Assembly (NCBI GenBank): GCA_963765575.1
Contig: CAVXWZ010000011.1
Location: 448,001 to 512,000, forward strand
Reading direction: 5' to 3'
DNA length: 64,000 nucleotides
Source of the DNA: an uncultured cyanobacterium
GTDB taxonomy: Bacteria; Cyanobacteriota; Cyanobacteriia; PCC-6307; Cyanobiaceae
The notes under the pieces are model-generated. The model saw nothing but the letters and a program-made list of their open reading frames with translations. It searched no databases and was not told the DNA's origin. Position numbers and translations under genes: made by a program. Of this stretch, positions 40,977 through 53,526 are shown piece by piece. Numbering within the stretch: position 1 is the first letter of the stretch; every line of letters begins with the position of its first letter.

Positions 40977-41675
40977 TCAGCCGATGCCGGCGGGGCTGCG
41001 TTCGGCGGCCAGAGGAACGCCGTTGGGCAGGTCTTTCTGGCTGGTGAGCACGCGGTCGATCAGGCCGTACTCCCTGGCCTCCTCGGCGGTGAGGTAGGTC
41101 ATGCGGTCGGAGTCCTTGCCCAGCTGCTCCACGCTCTTGCCGGTGTTATGGGACAGCATCTCCAGCAGGGTGTGCTTGTTGTGCAGCACCTCCTTGGCCC
41201 GGATCTGGATGTCGGTGGCCTGGCCGCGGGCACCGCTGCGGGGCTGGTGCAGCACGATCGAGGCATGGGGCAGGGCCGCCCGCTGGCCCTTGGCGCCGGC
41301 GCTGAGGATCATCGCCGCCGTGCCCATGGCCTGGCCGATGCAGATGGTGTGCACCGGCGGCTTGACGTAGCGGATCGTGTCAGCGATGGCGAAGGCCTCG
41401 GTTTCGAAGCCGATGGCGTCGCCGGTGAACCAGGAGGTGCCGGTGGAATTGATGTAGAAGAAGATCGGCTTGTCGGGGTTGTCGAACTCCAGATAGAGGA
41501 GCTGGGCAATGATCAGCTCGGTCACGTCCACGCCCATCTGGCGCTTGGCGTCGTCGTCGCTGAACAGCGGCAGGCCCAGGTAGACGATCCGCTCCTTGAG
41601 CAGCAGCGACGGCAGATCCGGCGGCGGGGTGCGCATTACGGCGGAATCGCCGTAGTAGGGGGCTGACACCGACAT
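40977..41675 (-). CDS. clpR: Non-catalytic Clp subunit ClpR
   Basis: [26 protein letters not shown]; catalytic Ser replaced (AMGTA). Confidence 0.9.
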   Translation of the reverse strand: MSVSAPYYGDSAVMRTPPPDLPSLLLKERIVYLGLPLFSDDDAKRQMGVDVTELIIAQLLYLEFDNPDKPIFFYINSTGTSWFTGDAIGFETEAFAIADTIRYVKPPVHTICIGQAMGTAAMILSAGAKGQRAALPHASIVLHQPRSGARGQATDIQIRAKEVLHNKHTLLEMLSHNTGKSVEQLGKDSDRMTYLTAEEAREYGLIDRVLTSQKDLPNGVPLAAERSPAGIG

Positions 41676-41707
41676 CCGCAGACCTTGTTCTGGCACTGGA
41701 TCGGAGC

Positions 41708-42811
41708 CTAGCGGGGCCTGCCCGAAGCCCGCTCCCCCCGGCTGCGGTTGTGCTCCAGCTGGGCGAACACGATCCGGCCGGTGGGGTTCTGCAGCGCTCC
41801 GGTGATCACCACCGGCAGGCGCTCGCCCAGGCGGCCCCTGGCCCCTTCCACCACCACCATGGTGCCGTCGTCCAGGTACCCCACCCCCTGCTCGGCCTCC
41901 TTGCCGTCGCGCACGATCTTGAGCTGCAGCTCATCGCCCGGCTGGACCTCGGGCCGCAGGGCGATCACCAGCTCGCTGAGGTTGAGCACCTTGATCTCCT
42001 TCACCTCGGCCACCTTGGCGAGGTTGTAGTCGGCCGTGAGCAGGGTGCCGCCGGTGTCGGCGGTGAGGGCCTGGAGCTTGTCGTCCACCCCCTTGCCCTC
42101 GTAGCGGGTGCTGTTCACCACCAGCCGCCGGCCGTAGGCCTCGCGCAGCTGGCTGAGCAGCTTGAGGCCACGGCGGCCCCGGGCGCGCTTGTCGGCGTTG
42201 CCGGAATCGGCCAGGGCCTGGAGTTCGTCGATCACGCACTGGGCCACGATCACCTGGCCCTCCAGCAGCCCGGAGTCGAGCAGGCCGCGGATGCGGCCGT
42301 CGATGATCACGCTGGTGTCGAGGATCTTGGCGCTGGCCGGCTGCAGCACCCCCTCGGCCACCAGCAGGGCCTCGGTGCTGCTGGGGTTGAACAGGCGCAG
42401 CAGGGTGCGGCCATGCACCTCGGCCAGGTTGTAGCCCGACACGCCGAAGAAGACGTTGCTGAGCACCGCCGCCAGCGGCTTGATGAAGATCACCTCCCAG
42501 GGCAGCGGCAGCAGCAGGATCGGCGCCAGCAGCAGGTTGGCCACCAGCAGGCCCAGGATCAGGCCCACGGCGCGGCTCACCAGCAGGTCGGTGGGCATCG
42601 AGCGCACCTGCTGCATCAGGCGGCGGCGCAACTGGCTGAAAAAGAACCCCGCCAGCAGGCCGAAGAAGGCCCCAAAGCCCGCCAGCACGGTGCGCAACTG
42701 CTCCGGGTTGTTGACCTGCACCAGCAGCGACTCCGGCAGCAGCTCCACGCCCAGCCAGCCCGCCGCCGCCCCGGAAACCAGGAACAGAATCAGGATGAGG
42801 GAGTCCACCAT
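41708..42811 (-). CDS. Membrane PIN/TRAM-domain protein (YacL-like)
   Basis: N-terminal TMs; ILDTSVIIDGRI; RGRRGL; GVGYLDDGTMVVVE. Confidence 0.92.
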   Translation of the reverse strand: MVDSLILILFLVSGAAAGWLGVELLPESLLVQVNNPEQLRTVLAGFGAFFGLLAGFFFSQLRRRLMQQVRSMPTDLLVSRAVGLILGLLVANLLLAPILLLPLPWEVIFIKPLAAVLSNVFFGVSGYNLAEVHGRTLLRLFNPSSTEALLVAEGVLQPASAKILDTSVIIDGRIRGLLDSGLLEGQVIVAQCVIDELQALADSGNADKRARGRRGLKLLSQLREAYGRRLVVNSTRYEGKGVDDKLQALTADTGGTLLTADYNLAKVAEVKEIKVLNLSELVIALRPEVQPGDELQLKIVRDGKEAEQGVGYLDDGTMVVVEGARGRLGERLPVVITGALQNPTGRIVFAQLEHNRSRGERASGRPR

Positions 42812-42910
42812 TCCCGTCGCCCCGATGTGCTGTCCGCTCAGGCAGGCAGCATGCCTGAAACCCGGGCCCTTGGCCGGCAGGGGTAACCGCACTTGATCGT
42901 GTCCGCACAC

Positions 42911-44188
42911 ATGCCGGCGCGCAGCGCCTACCTGCACCTTCCCTTCTGCCACCGCCGCTGCTTCTACTGCGATTTCCCGGTGGTGCCCCTGGGGGATCGG
43001 GCCGCCGGCGAGGCCGGGGCGCCGGGCTCCACCTCGATCGCCGCCTACCTGCAGCTGCTGCAGCGGGAGATCGCCGCCGCCCCCGCTGGCCCACCGCTGA
43101 GCACCGTGTATCTGGGTGGCGGCACCCCCTCGCTGCTCACTCCTGTCCAGGTGGAGGGGTTGCTGGCGGCACTGCAGCGGCGCTTCGGCCTGGCCCCCGG
43201 CGTTGAAATCAGCCTGGAGCTCGATCCGGCCAGCTTCGATCAGGCCCGCCTGAGGGGCTATGCGGCCGCCGGCGTCAACCGCGTCAGCCTTGGCGCCCAG
43301 AGCTTTGACGACAGCGTGCTGGCCGTGCTGGGGCGGCGCCACCGGGGGGAGCACGTGGGCCAGGCCGCCGCTTGGCTGGAGCAGGCCCGCCGCCGCGGCG
43401 CCCTGGCGAGCTGGAGCCTCGATCTGATCCAGGCGGCGCCGGGCCAGGACGGCGCCGCCTGGCGGCAGCAGCTGCGCCGGGCGGTCGCCAGCGGCGCCCC
43501 GCACCTGTCGGTCTACGACCTCACGATCGAGCCCGGCACCGTGTTCGCCCGGCGGCTGGAGCGGGGGCAGCTGGAGCTGCCCGATCACGACCGGGCCGCC
43601 GACCTGATGGAGATCACCTGGGCGGAGCTCAGCGCCGCGGGCTACGGCCACTACGAGATCTCCAACTACGCCCTGCCCGGCCATGCCTCGCGCCACAACC
43701 GCGTCTACTGGAGCGGCGCCGGCTGGTGGGGCTTCGGCATGGGTGCCACCGCCGCCCCCTGGGGGGAGCGCCAGGCCCGGCCGCGCACCCGGGCGGGCTA
43801 TGCCGCCTGGCTGGACCAGGGCCCGCTGGCGGGCGCCCCGCCTGGAGCTGGTGCCGGCATGCCGCTGGACGAGCGTCTGCTGGTGGGCCTGCGCCGCCGC
43901 GAGGGGGTGCGGCTGCCGGCGCTGCTGGCGGGCGCCGGCCTGTCGCCCAGCCAGAGCGAGCGGGCCCTGGTGGAGCTGCGCCGACGGCTGGCCCCCTGGC
44001 GGAGCGAGGGGCTGCTGCTGGAGGAGGGAGGGCGCTGGCGGCTGGCCGATCCGGCCGGCCTGGCCCTCAGCAATGGGGTGCTGCGGGAGCTGCTGAGCTG
44101 GTGGGAGGAACGGGGTGGCGCTGGGCCGCGATCCAGTGGCGCAGCGCCTCCACCGCCCGCAACCGCCCCGGCAGCAGCGGCGGGCTGA
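42911..44188 (+). CDS. hemW: Radical SAM heme chaperone HemW
   Basis: [38 protein letters not shown]. Confidence 0.93.
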   Translation: MPARSAYLHLPFCHRRCFYCDFPVVPLGDRAAGEAGAPGSTSIAAYLQLLQREIAAAPAGPPLSTVYLGGGTPSLLTPVQVEGLLAALQRRFGLAPGVEISLELDPASFDQARLRGYAAAGVNRVSLGAQSFDDSVLAVLGRRHRGEHVGQAAAWLEQARRRGALASWSLDLIQAAPGQDGAAWRQQLRRAVASGAPHLSVYDLTIEPGTVFARRLERGQLELPDHDRAADLMEITWAELSAAGYGHYEISNYALPGHASRHNRVYWSGAGWWGFGMGATAAPWGERQARPRTRAGYAAWLDQGPLAGAPPGAGAGMPLDERLLVGLRRREGVRLPALLAGAGLSPSQSERALVELRRRLAPWRSEGLLLEEGGRWRLADPAGLALSNGVLRELLSWWEERGGAGPRSSGAAPPPPATAPAAAAG

Positions 44189-44918
44189 AGGGCGGCTGAC
44201 TGGTCGTCAGGCCCAGCAGGTCGGCGGTGACCCGCACCTGGCCATCGCAGGCCTCGCCGGCGCCGATGCCGATCACGGGAATCTGCAGCTGCGCGCTCAG
44301 CTCGGCGCCCAGCTCGGCCGGCACGTGCTCCAGCACCAGGGCGAAGCAGCCCGCCGCCTCCAGGGCCTCGGCATCGTGGCTGAGGCGCCGCCGGCTGGCC
44401 GCGTCGTTGCCCTGGCGCCGGTAGCCGAGGCGATGGACCGACTGGGGCGTGAGGCCGATGTGGCCCATCACCGGAATGCCGCTGCGCACCATCCGGTCGA
44501 TCGCGGCCAGGGTTTCCGGCTCGGCGCCCTCCAGCTTCACCGCCGCCGCCGGCGTTTCCTTCAGCACCCTGCCGGCGGCGGCCACGGCGTCATCGGCAGC
44601 GCACTGATAGCTGAGGAAGGGCAGATCGCAGATCAGCAGCGGCTCCTGGCCTGAGACGCCGACGCTGGCCAGACCCCTGCTGGCGGCCCGGCAGTGATGC
44701 AGCATCTCGTCCAGCGTCACCGGCAGGGTGGTGGGGTGGCCAAGCACCACCATCGCCAGGGAGTCGCCCACCAGCACCGCGTCGGCGCCGGCTTCGGCGA
44801 CCAGGGCCGCCGAGAGGGCATCCCAGGCGGTGAGCACGGTGATCGGCAGGCCGGCCAGTTTGCGACGCACCAGATCCGCGGGGCGCTGGGGCACGGCGAG
44901 GGAAGGCGGAGATGGCAT
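44067..44918 (-). CDS. panB: 3-methyl-2-oxobutanoate hydroxymethyltransferase
   Basis: [43 protein letters not shown]. Confidence 0.96.
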   Translation of the reverse strand: MPSPPSLAVPQRPADLVRRKLAGLPITVLTAWDALSAALVAEAGADAVLVGDSLAMVVLGHPTTLPVTLDEMLHHCRAASRGLASVGVSGQEPLLICDLPFLSYQCAADDAVAAAGRVLKETPAAAVKLEGAEPETLAAIDRMVRSGIPVMGHIGLTPQSVHRLGYRRQGNDAASRRRLSHDAEALEAAGCFALVLEHVPAELGAELSAQLQIPVIGIGAGEACDGQVRVTADLLGLTTSQPPFSPPLLPGRLRAVEALRHWIAAQRHPVPPTSSAAPAAPHC

Positions 44919-44933
44919 TGCTAGCATCATCGC

Positions 44934-45027
44934 GACTCGGACCCACGCGGCCCCGACGCCCAAACCTGGTCAGGACCGGAAGGGAGCAGCCACACGGGAT
45001 GCTTGGAGCAGGCGTGGATTCCGGGTC
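44934..45027 (+). ncRNA. ffs: Signal recognition particle RNA (4.5S)
   Basis: Conserved domain IV GGTCAGGACCGGAAGGGAGCAGCC; terminal stem GACTCGG...CCGGGTC; located between panB and ftsZ. Confidence 0.93.
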
Positions 45028-45141
45028 ACCCAATTCCTGCCAAGCCCGCCATGGGGGCGGACAAGCAAGGCTCGCCCGCGGCCCTAGGCGCTCGACCTGG
45101 CGGCCCTAAGCGCTCGACCTTCGGCTCTCAGCTCTCACTCC

Positions 45142-46380
<1,239 letters not shown>

Positions 46381-46506
46381 GCTGTCGTGTGCCTGGAGGG
46401 CGGAATCGGTGAAGTTTCACACGATTACCGGGTTTCTGGGGGGCCTGCTGCTCGTCTGCGCACATTACAGGCCCTGATCGACCGCCTCCCCCCAAGCCTG
46501 ATCCGA

Positions 46507-47337
46507 TCAGGGCCGGGAGGGCGGGCTGGCCGGTTTGGGCGGTGCCACCAACGCCAGTTCGGGCTGTTCCGGTTCGGTCAGGTCGAGTGCCTGCAGCTTC
46601 TTGCCCTGCAGGTGGGGAGGCAGGGTTTCGATCAGGTGGTCGAGTACCTCAAGCCGGCGTGGCAGCCTGGCATCATCGGGCCCCAGGCGCACGCTGCCCA
46701 GGCGCTTGCTCTGCACCGTGAGGCTGCCGTCCGGCTCGAAACGGATCTGGGCCAGGTCGGCGCGCAGGCGTTTGCGCGTCTCCAGCATCAGGCTGAGGGC
46801 CGACCGGTGGCTCTCCTGCCAGCCCAGCACCCGCAGGCCCGCAGCCGCAGCGCCAGCCAGGGGCTTCCCCTGGCTGGCGCTCATCCAGTGGCCCTGGCGA
46901 TCCACGTAGCCCTCCTCCACCCCGCCTGGTCCGCGCCGCTGGGCCCGGGCCACCGGTTCCCGGTCCACCAGCTCCACCCGCAGCCGTGCCGGGGCCATCC
47001 AGCGGCTCACCCGCACCTGCTCCACCGGCAGGTCGGCCTGCAGCTCAGCCGCCAGGCGCCGCGGCTCCAGGCTGAGCAGGGGCTGGGGGAAGCTGATTCC
47101 GGCGGCGCTGATCACCTGCTCGCGGCTCACGTGGCTGCTGCCCTGCACCTCCACCTGCTCAGGGCTGCCGAGGGTCCAGCCATGGCGCAGCAGCAGGGTG
47201 CCGCTGCCGGCGCTCAGCCCCAGCAGTACAACCATCCTCCAGAGGTTGCGCAGCAGCTCATGGCGTCGCTGCAGGCGCAGTTCACGCCGCCGCTCGACAC
47301 CCGGCGGCAGGGGGCTGGCCCGGCTCACAGCTCGCAA
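46507..47337 (-). CDS. ftsQ: Cell division protein FtsQ
   Basis: TM plus POTRA domain; located upstream of ftsZ. Confidence 0.85.
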   Translation of the reverse strand: MRAVSRASPLPPGVERRRELRLQRRHELLRNLWRMVVLLGLSAGSGTLLLRHGWTLGSPEQVEVQGSSHVSREQVISAAGISFPQPLLSLEPRRLAAELQADLPVEQVRVSRWMAPARLRVELVDREPVARAQRRGPGGVEEGYVDRQGHWMSASQGKPLAGAAAAGLRVLGWQESHRSALSLMLETRKRLRADLAQIRFEPDGSLTVQSKRLGSVRLGPDDARLPRRLEVLDHLIETLPPHLQGKKLQALDLTEPEQPELALVAPPKPASPPSRP

Positions 47338-47735
47338 CGGGAGCGGGCCATCAGCTCATCCATCCAGCGCCGCGCCCGTTCGGCATCGGAGAAGGCCAGA
47401 TCCTTCTGGTCTCCGCCCCCCACCAGCCGCAGCCGGCAGGCACCTTGCGACTCCTCGGTGAGGGGGGCTTCGCCCGAGCTCAGGGCGAGCAGCTCCACCA
47501 GCTCGAGCTGTTTGATCACGAAACTGCCCTGCTGCTGCAGTTGGCCGGCCTCGAAGCGGCTCCAGCTCAGCACCCCATCCACCAGCCGGGCGGCGCCGCA
47601 GCCGTCCAGCTTCGCCAGCTCGGATCCCTGGGCCCAGTCCCGGAACAGTTGCTGCCGGCGGCGCTCCAGCCAGCCCAGGGCCGCCAGCAGCACGAACACC
47701 ACCAGCAGCGGTAGCCACAGCAGTCCGCGAATCAT
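47325..47735 (-). CDS. Conserved hypothetical membrane-anchored protein
   Basis: GLLWLPLL...LGWLERRRQ...ELAKLDG; coupled between ddl and ftsQ. Confidence 0.8.
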   Translation of the reverse strand: MIRGLLWLPLLVVFVLLAALGWLERRRQQLFRDWAQGSELAKLDGCGAARLVDGVLSWSRFEAGQLQQQGSFVIKQLELVELLALSSGEAPLTEESQGACRLRLVGGGDQKDLAFSDAERARRWMDELMARSRCEL

Positions 47736-48889
47736 CGCCCCAGGCCTCCGGCAAGACGGGTGTGGCCGCATTCTCCCGCCGTCTGCAGCAGTTCGTGCAC
47801 CAGGGCGTCGAGTGCAACACCACTGGCCTGCCACAGCATGGGGTACATGCTCTGGCTGGTGAAACCCGGCAGGGTGTTGATCTCGTTCAGCCAGAGCTGG
47901 CCACTGGCCTCCGCGTAGAAGAAGTCCACCCGGGCCAGGCCGCTGGCGCCCACCGCCTCGCAGGCCTGGATGGCCATCGTTCGGGCCCTGGCGGCGATCG
48001 CCTCGGGCACCGCTGCCGGGATCACGGTGTGACTGAGGCCGTCGCTGTACTTGGTTTCATAGTCGTACCAATCGGCGTCAAAGCGGATCTCGCCCAGCAC
48101 CGAGGCCTCGAGCGCCCGCCCGCCACCGCCCTTCACGGCGCATTCCAGTTCCCGCGCGGCAACCCCCTGCTCCACCACGATGCGGGGATCGAGGGCCGCC
48201 GCCGCCGCCAGTCCCTGCTGCAGCTGGCTGCGGCCTGTGGCCTTGCTGATGCCCACCGAGGAGCCGAGGTTGGCGGGCTTGACGAAGCAGGGATAGCCCA
48301 ACTGCCGCTCCAGACGGTCCAGCAGTCCTTCAGGGTCGCGCTGCAGGTCGGCGGCGGCCACGCAGGCATAGGGCACCTGGGGCAGGCCGGCGGCGGCGAA
48401 GGCGGCCTTCATGGCCTGCTTGTCCATGCCCACGGCGGAGCCCAGAACACCTGAACCCACAAACGGCTTGCCCATCAGCGTGAACAACCCCTGGATGGTG
48501 CCGTCTTCGCCGTTGGGGCCGTGGAGGACGGGCACCCACAGCTCGATCTCCAGGGCGCCGGGGGGGAAGCCCCGGAAGCCCGGCTGCGGCGGCGGTGCAC
48601 CGGCGGCGGCCAGGGCGGCCCGCAGCTGCTCGCTGCTGGCTGGAGTTCCCTGGGCCAGCACCGCGTCGGCCAGCTCGGGCCCCCACCAGCGGCCCAGCGG
48701 ATCGATGTAAAAGCAGCGCAGGGCATAGCGGCCGCCGTTGGCCCCCTGGCGCAGGCCCCGCGCCACCGTGGCCGCCGAGCGGATCGACACGGCGTGCTCC
48801 CCGGAGGCCCCCCCGAAGATCAGGCCGACGGGGATCGGGGCGGGTTCGGGCGCTGGATCGGGGGCGGTGGCGTGGACGGCAGCGGGCAT
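47732..48889 (-). CDS. ddl: D-alanine--D-alanine ligase
   Basis: [45 protein letters not shown]. Confidence 0.97.
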   Translation of the reverse strand: MPAAVHATAPDPAPEPAPIPVGLIFGGASGEHAVSIRSAATVARGLRQGANGGRYALRCFYIDPLGRWWGPELADAVLAQGTPASSEQLRAALAAAGAPPPQPGFRGFPPGALEIELWVPVLHGPNGEDGTIQGLFTLMGKPFVGSGVLGSAVGMDKQAMKAAFAAAGLPQVPYACVAAADLQRDPEGLLDRLERQLGYPCFVKPANLGSSVGISKATGRSQLQQGLAAAAALDPRIVVEQGVAARELECAVKGGGGRALEASVLGEIRFDADWYDYETKYSDGLSHTVIPAAVPEAIAARARTMAIQACEAVGASGLARVDFFYAEASGQLWLNEINTLPGFTSQSMYPMLWQASGVALDALVHELLQTAGECGHTRLAGGLGR

Positions 48890-48957
48890 CGGCAGGCGCA
48901 GGAACCCAGCCCGTGGCGCGGCGGACGGTTGCCGTCACCGCCACGCTGGGCTGAAAC

Positions 48958-50345
48958 TCAGGCCAGTGTGCCGCTCAGGGAGAAGGCGCGCACCTCCTGG
49001 ATCAGTACATCCACCAGTTCGCCCGGCCTGATCTCGGTGCCATCGCGCCGCTTGGCGGGGAAGAAGGTGAGCCGGTTGGTGCGGGTGCGGCCCATCACCT
49101 GGGCTGGATCCTTGGGATTGGTGCCCTCCACCAGGATCTGCTCCCGGCGGCCGGCGTAGCGGCCGCTGCGCGCTCTGGCCTTGGCCTCCACCAGGGCATT
49201 GAGCTCCCGCAGCCGCTCCACCTTCACCGCCTCGCTGAGCTGATCGGGCCAGTCGGCAGCGGGGGTGTTGGGCCGCGGCGAGTAGGCGGCGGTGTTCACC
49301 TGGTCGAAGCCGATCTCCTCCACCAGATCGAGGGTGCGGCGGTACTGGGCGTCGGTTTCGCCGGGGAAGGCCACGATCACATCGGCGCTGATGGCGGCAT
49401 CGGGCAGGCGCTGGCGGATGCGCTCGATGATGCGGCGGTAGCGATCCACCGTGTAACCGCGGGCCATCGCCTTGAGCACGGCGTCATCGCCGCTCTGGAA
49501 GGGGATGTGGAAGTGCTCGCACACCTTGGGCAAGCGCAGCGCAGGCCTCGATCAGCCGCTCGGTGAAGTAACGGGGGTGGCTGGTGGCGAAACGGATCCG
49601 CTCGATGCCCCGCCACGTCGTGCACCTGATGCAGCAGGTCGGTGAGGGTGTGCTGGCGGCGGCCCTCGGGGGTGATGCCGGGCAGGTCGCGGCCGTAGGC
49701 GTCGATGTTCTGGCCCAGCAGGGTGATCTCGCGGTATCCCCTGGCCGCCAGTCCCTCCATCTCCAGGCGGATGGCCTCAGGCAGGCGGCTCTGCTCCTGG
49801 CCGCGCACCGTGGGCACCACGCAGTAGGTGCAGCGCTCGTTGCAGCCGTAGATCACGTTGACCCAGGCGCACACGGCGCTGTCGCGGCGGGCGGTGGTGA
49901 TGTCTTCGAGGATGTGGTGCTCGCCGGTGGCCACCACCTGCTGCCCCTGCTCCACCTGGCCCAGCAGGGTGCCCAGCCGGTTGGCGTGCTGGGGACCCAT
50001 CACCAGATCCAGCTCCGGCACGCGCCGCAGCAGGGCTTCCCCCTCCTGCTGGGCCACGCAGCCGGCCACCACCAGGGTGAGGTTGGGGTTGGTGCGCTTG
50101 CGCTGGGCCTGCCGACCCAGGTAGCTGTACACCTTCTGTTCGGCGTTGTCGCGAATGGTGCAGGTGTTGTAGAGCACCAGATCCGCCTCCAGCTCGGCCT
50201 GGGCCGCGCGGTAGCCCATCGTTTCAAGGATTCCGGCCATGCGCTCGGAATCCGCCTTGTTCATCTGGCAGCCGAAGGTGGTGATCCAGTAGCTGCCCCG
50301 TCCGCCGACCTGCGGGCGGGTGGTGGTGGAGAGCGTTGCCGTCAT
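48958..50345 (-). CDS. miaB: tRNA methylthiotransferase MiaB; frameshift(s) at ~49530-49620
   Basis: [29 protein letters not shown] in a third frame, HIPFQSG, TRAM end GRTRTN. Confidence 0.95.
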
Positions 50346-50386
50346 GGCATCCAGTGTGCTGGACGGCGCCACCGGCCGGGCCGGGC

Positions 50387-52276
50387 TCAGCCCTGCTCCA
50401 GCAGCAGCAGCTGCTGGTTGGTGCGGCCCAGCTTGCGGGCCAGATCCTGGTGCAGGGCCTGCAGCAGGTCGATCACCACCTGGGGCTGTTCCTGCTCCAG
50501 CAGGGCGTAGACCTCCCTGGTGAGCACGTAACAGGTGCCCGCCTGCTCGGCCACCACATCGGCCGTGCGGGGCGAGTGGCTGAGGAAGGCGATCTCCCCG
50601 AAGCACACGCTGGGGCTGAAGGTGGCGAAGCGCACTGGCTGCTCCACCGCCGGGGGGCGGAGCACGACGCTGAACAGCCCCGATTCGATCAGATACACCT
50701 CATCGCCGGCCTCCCCCTGGCGGCACACCAGATCCCCCTCGTTGTAGGAGCGGCGCTCCAGCAGCGGTTCCAGCAACGTGCGGGTGGAAGGAGGCAGATA
50801 CTCCAGCAGTCCCAGGGAGCAGTTGCCGGCCAGGGGCTCTCCCCTCGTCAGCAGCAGATCCTCGAGCAGCAGGTCTTCGGCCACTTCCAGGGCCCGGTCC
50901 AGGTTGGAGAAATAGCGGTTCTGAGGCGGGGCACCGCCGGCGTCGTGCTGCGGCCAGAACTCCGTGAGGTGCTCACCGCGACAGAGCAGGCAGCGCACGC
51001 CGCGCTGGCTGAGGTCGTCGATCTGCTCCTGCAGCAGAGCGGCGTCCACCCGGGGCATGGCCAGCACCTGGCCCAGATCGACCACCAGGATCGCCCCGGC
51101 CGCGGCCCGGCTCTGCATCTCCGCCAGCAGCTCCTCCACCGCGGCGAAATCCAGCACCCCCTGGGCCTGCAGGATGTGGATGTGGTCGCCTTCGCGGTCC
51201 AGCAAGTCACTTTCGCCCTCGCTGCGCCAACGCCGCGAGCGGCGCTTGAGGGCCGTGGTGGCTGAGCGGATTGTGTTGCCGGCCCTCGATGGCTGGTTGA
51301 ACAGATGCAATTGCAGCCGCTTGGAGATTTCCTCGCAGACGGCGATGCCGCGGCTGGAGTTGCCGTAGCTGTCGAGGGGTGGGGAGTAAACGGCGATGCC
51401 AAGGCGGCCCGGCACCACTGCCATGACGCCGCCACCCACGCCGCTCTTGGCGGGCATGCCCACGTTGTAGAGCCACTGGCCGGTGTAGTCGTACATGCCA
51501 CAGCTGCCCATCACGGCCAGCACATTGGTGGTGATCTCGGGATCGATCACCACCGTGCTGGTCACGGGATTGCGTCCCTGGCAGGCCAGGGTGGCGGCCA
51601 TCACCGCCAGATCCCTGCAGTTCACCGACACGGCGCACTGGCGGAAATAGAGCTGAAGACCCGGCTCCGGATTGGTGCCGATGATGTCGAAATTGCGTAA
51701 CAGATGGCCGATGGCCCTGTTGCGGTGCCCCGTATCGCGCTCGGAGCGGAACACCGATTCATCCACCCCCAGCCGCCGGCCTGCCATGTCCGAGTAGAAG
51801 TCCATCAGCAGGGTTTCGGCCCGTTCCGGGTCGTGGGCCATGACCTGGGCCGTGGTGGCGATCGCGCCGGCGTTGATCATCGGGTTGCGGGGGATTCCCG
51901 ACACCGGATGGAGGCTGATGGCGTTGAAGGCATCGCCGGAAGGCTCGACCCCAACTTTTGAGGTCATGTAGTCTTCTGTGTGGAGTTTGAGGGCTAGCGC
52001 ATAGGTGAATGGCTTGGAGATTGATTGGATTGTGAATTCTTTTCTTGTCTTTCCGATTTCGTAAATTCGCCCATCGGTGGTGGCGATCACGATGCCGAAA
52101 TCCTTGGGGTCGGCCTTGCCGAGCTCGGGGATGTAATCCGCTGGTTTGCCGTCGTCCAGGTCCTGGAAGCGGGCATGGAGATCCTCCAGAATCCGCTGGA
52201 TGGCGTCGGCATTTTGAGCCTGCAGACCCTCCAGAACCCGCTGAATGGCATCGGGGGTTCTGTCTGCTGTTGGCAT
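50387..52276 (-). CDS. glsA: Glutaminase A with C-terminal STAS and cyclic-nucleotide-binding domains
   Basis: [45 protein letters not shown] (GVLDFAAVE...VVDL); cNMP (QGEAGD, FGEIAF, PRTADV). Confidence 0.92.
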   Translation of the reverse strand: MPTADRTPDAIQRVLEGLQAQNADAIQRILEDLHARFQDLDDGKPADYIPELGKADPKDFGIVIATTDGRIYEIGKTRKEFTIQSISKPFTYALALKLHTEDYMTSKVGVEPSGDAFNAISLHPVSGIPRNPMINAGAIATTAQVMAHDPERAETLLMDFYSDMAGRRLGVDESVFRSERDTGHRNRAIGHLLRNFDIIGTNPEPGLQLYFRQCAVSVNCRDLAVMAATLACQGRNPVTSTVVIDPEITTNVLAVMGSCGMYDYTGQWLYNVGMPAKSGVGGGVMAVVPGRLGIAVYSPPLDSYGNSSRGIAVCEEISKRLQLHLFNQPSRAGNTIRSATTALKRRSRRWRSEGESDLLDREGDHIHILQAQGVLDFAAVEELLAEMQSRAAAGAILVVDLGQVLAMPRVDAALLQEQIDDLSQRGVRCLLCRGEHLTEFWPQHDAGGAPPQNRYFSNLDRALEVAEDLLLEDLLLTRGEPLAGNCSLGLLEYLPPSTRTLLEPLLERRSYNEGDLVCRQGEAGDEVYLIESGLFSVVLRPPAVEQPVRFATFSPSVCFGEIAFLSHSPRTADVVAEQAGTCYVLTREVYALLEQEQPQVVIDLLQALHQDLARKLGRTNQQLLLLEQG

Positions 52277-52398
52277 TGCGGCGCGCTCAAACCGGCAGGA
52301 TCACAAGCCCTGGTGTCTACGGATTTCTGTGCCCACTGCTACCGCGCACAATTTTGGTGCGCTGGACTGTGCGAACTTGAGCCCATTCGCCGCCGCTG

Positions 52399-53526
52399 AT
52401 GTACTGCCGTCTGCGCCGTTTCCGGCTCACCAAGGCCGTGCCACTGGCGATCAGCCGGGGCACCACCGCTGCGGTGGAGCATCTGCTGGTGGAGATCAGC
52501 CACGCCGGCATCACCGGTCATGGGGAGGCGGGTGGTCTGGATACCGGCCACCGCCATTACGAGACCGCCGCGATCGCCCAGGAGCTGGAGGAGCTGGCGC
52601 CCCGGCTGGAGGGTCTGGCGCCCGAGCCCCTGCAGGCCCTGGAGCCCCTGCTGGCGACGTTGTCACCCCCCGCCCGCTGCGGTGTGGATCTGGCCCTGCA
52701 CGACTGGTGGGGCAAGCGGCTGGGGCAGCCCCTGCACCGGCTCTGGAATCTGGACCCGGCGGCCGGCGTCGCCACCAGCGTCACCCTGGGCCTGGCGGCA
52801 CCGGCGGCGGTGCTGGAGCGGCTCGAGCGCTGGTGGGCCCAACTGCCAGCCACCCGCATCAAGCTCAAGCTGGGCAGTTCTGACGGCACCGATCACGACC
52901 GCCGGCTGCTGGCTGTGGTGGCCGCGGCGATCGAGCGGCGGCGCCAAAGCTGCGGCGGGCCCTGTGAGCTCCAGGTGGACGCCAACGGCGGCTGGGATCT
53001 GGATGCCGCACGCACCATGCTCGAGCCGCTGCTGCGGGCCGGGGTGGTGCTGCTGGAGCAGCCCCTGGCGCCGCTGCTCGATCCCGAGCGCGATGCGGCC
53101 GGCTTCGCTGCCCTCGGGCCCGACTGCCCCATGCCCCTGGTGGCCGATGAGAGCTGCTGGGATCTGCGCGACCTGCTGCGCCTGGCCCCCCATGTGCAGG
53201 GCATCAACATCAAGTTGCTCAAGAGCGGCGGTCTCACCGAGGCGCTGCTGATGGCCCGCGTGGCCCGGGGCCTGGGGCTGGGGGTGATGCTGGGGTGCTA
53301 CTCCGACGGTGGCTTGCTCAATGGCGCCGCCGCCCAGCTGCTGCCCCTGGTGCGCTGGCCCGATCTCGACAGCCACCTCAACCTGGTCGACGATCCCTTC
53401 ACCGGGCTCGCCCTCAGCGGCGACAGGCTCGTGCCCCCCAGCGCCGCGGGCCTGGGCATTGCCCTGCGGCAGGACCGGGGGTTGGTCGCCGGCGCAGCAG
53501 GGGCTGGTCAGGGGGGGCCGTGCTGA
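52399..53526 (+). CDS. L-Ala-D/L-Glu (dipeptide) epimerase, enolase superfamily
   Basis: IKLKLG, VDANGGW, LEQP, ADES, NIKLLKSGG, DLDSHL. Confidence 0.92.
   Translation: MYCRLRRFRLTKAVPLAISRGTTAAVEHLLVEISHAGITGHGEAGGLDTGHRHYETAAIAQELEELAPRLEGLAPEPLQALEPLLATLSPPARCGVDLALHDWWGKRLGQPLHRLWNLDPAAGVATSVTLGLAAPAAVLERLERWWAQLPATRIKLKLGSSDGTDHDRRLLAVVAAAIERRRQSCGGPCELQVDANGGWDLDAARTMLEPLLRAGVVLLEQPLAPLLDPERDAAGFAALGPDCPMPLVADESCWDLRDLLRLAPHVQGINIKLLKSGGLTEALLMARVARGLGLGVMLGCYSDGGLLNGAAAQLLPLVRWPDLDSHLNLVDDPFTGLALSGDRLVPPSAAGLGIALRQDRGLVAGAAGAGQGGPC

Noticed and set aside
49530..49620. Programmed frameshift or pseudogene in miaB (likewise the cytosine deaminase at ~55280)
   Set aside because: Conserved housekeeping genes with otherwise intact motifs and no slippery site; most likely sequencing indels
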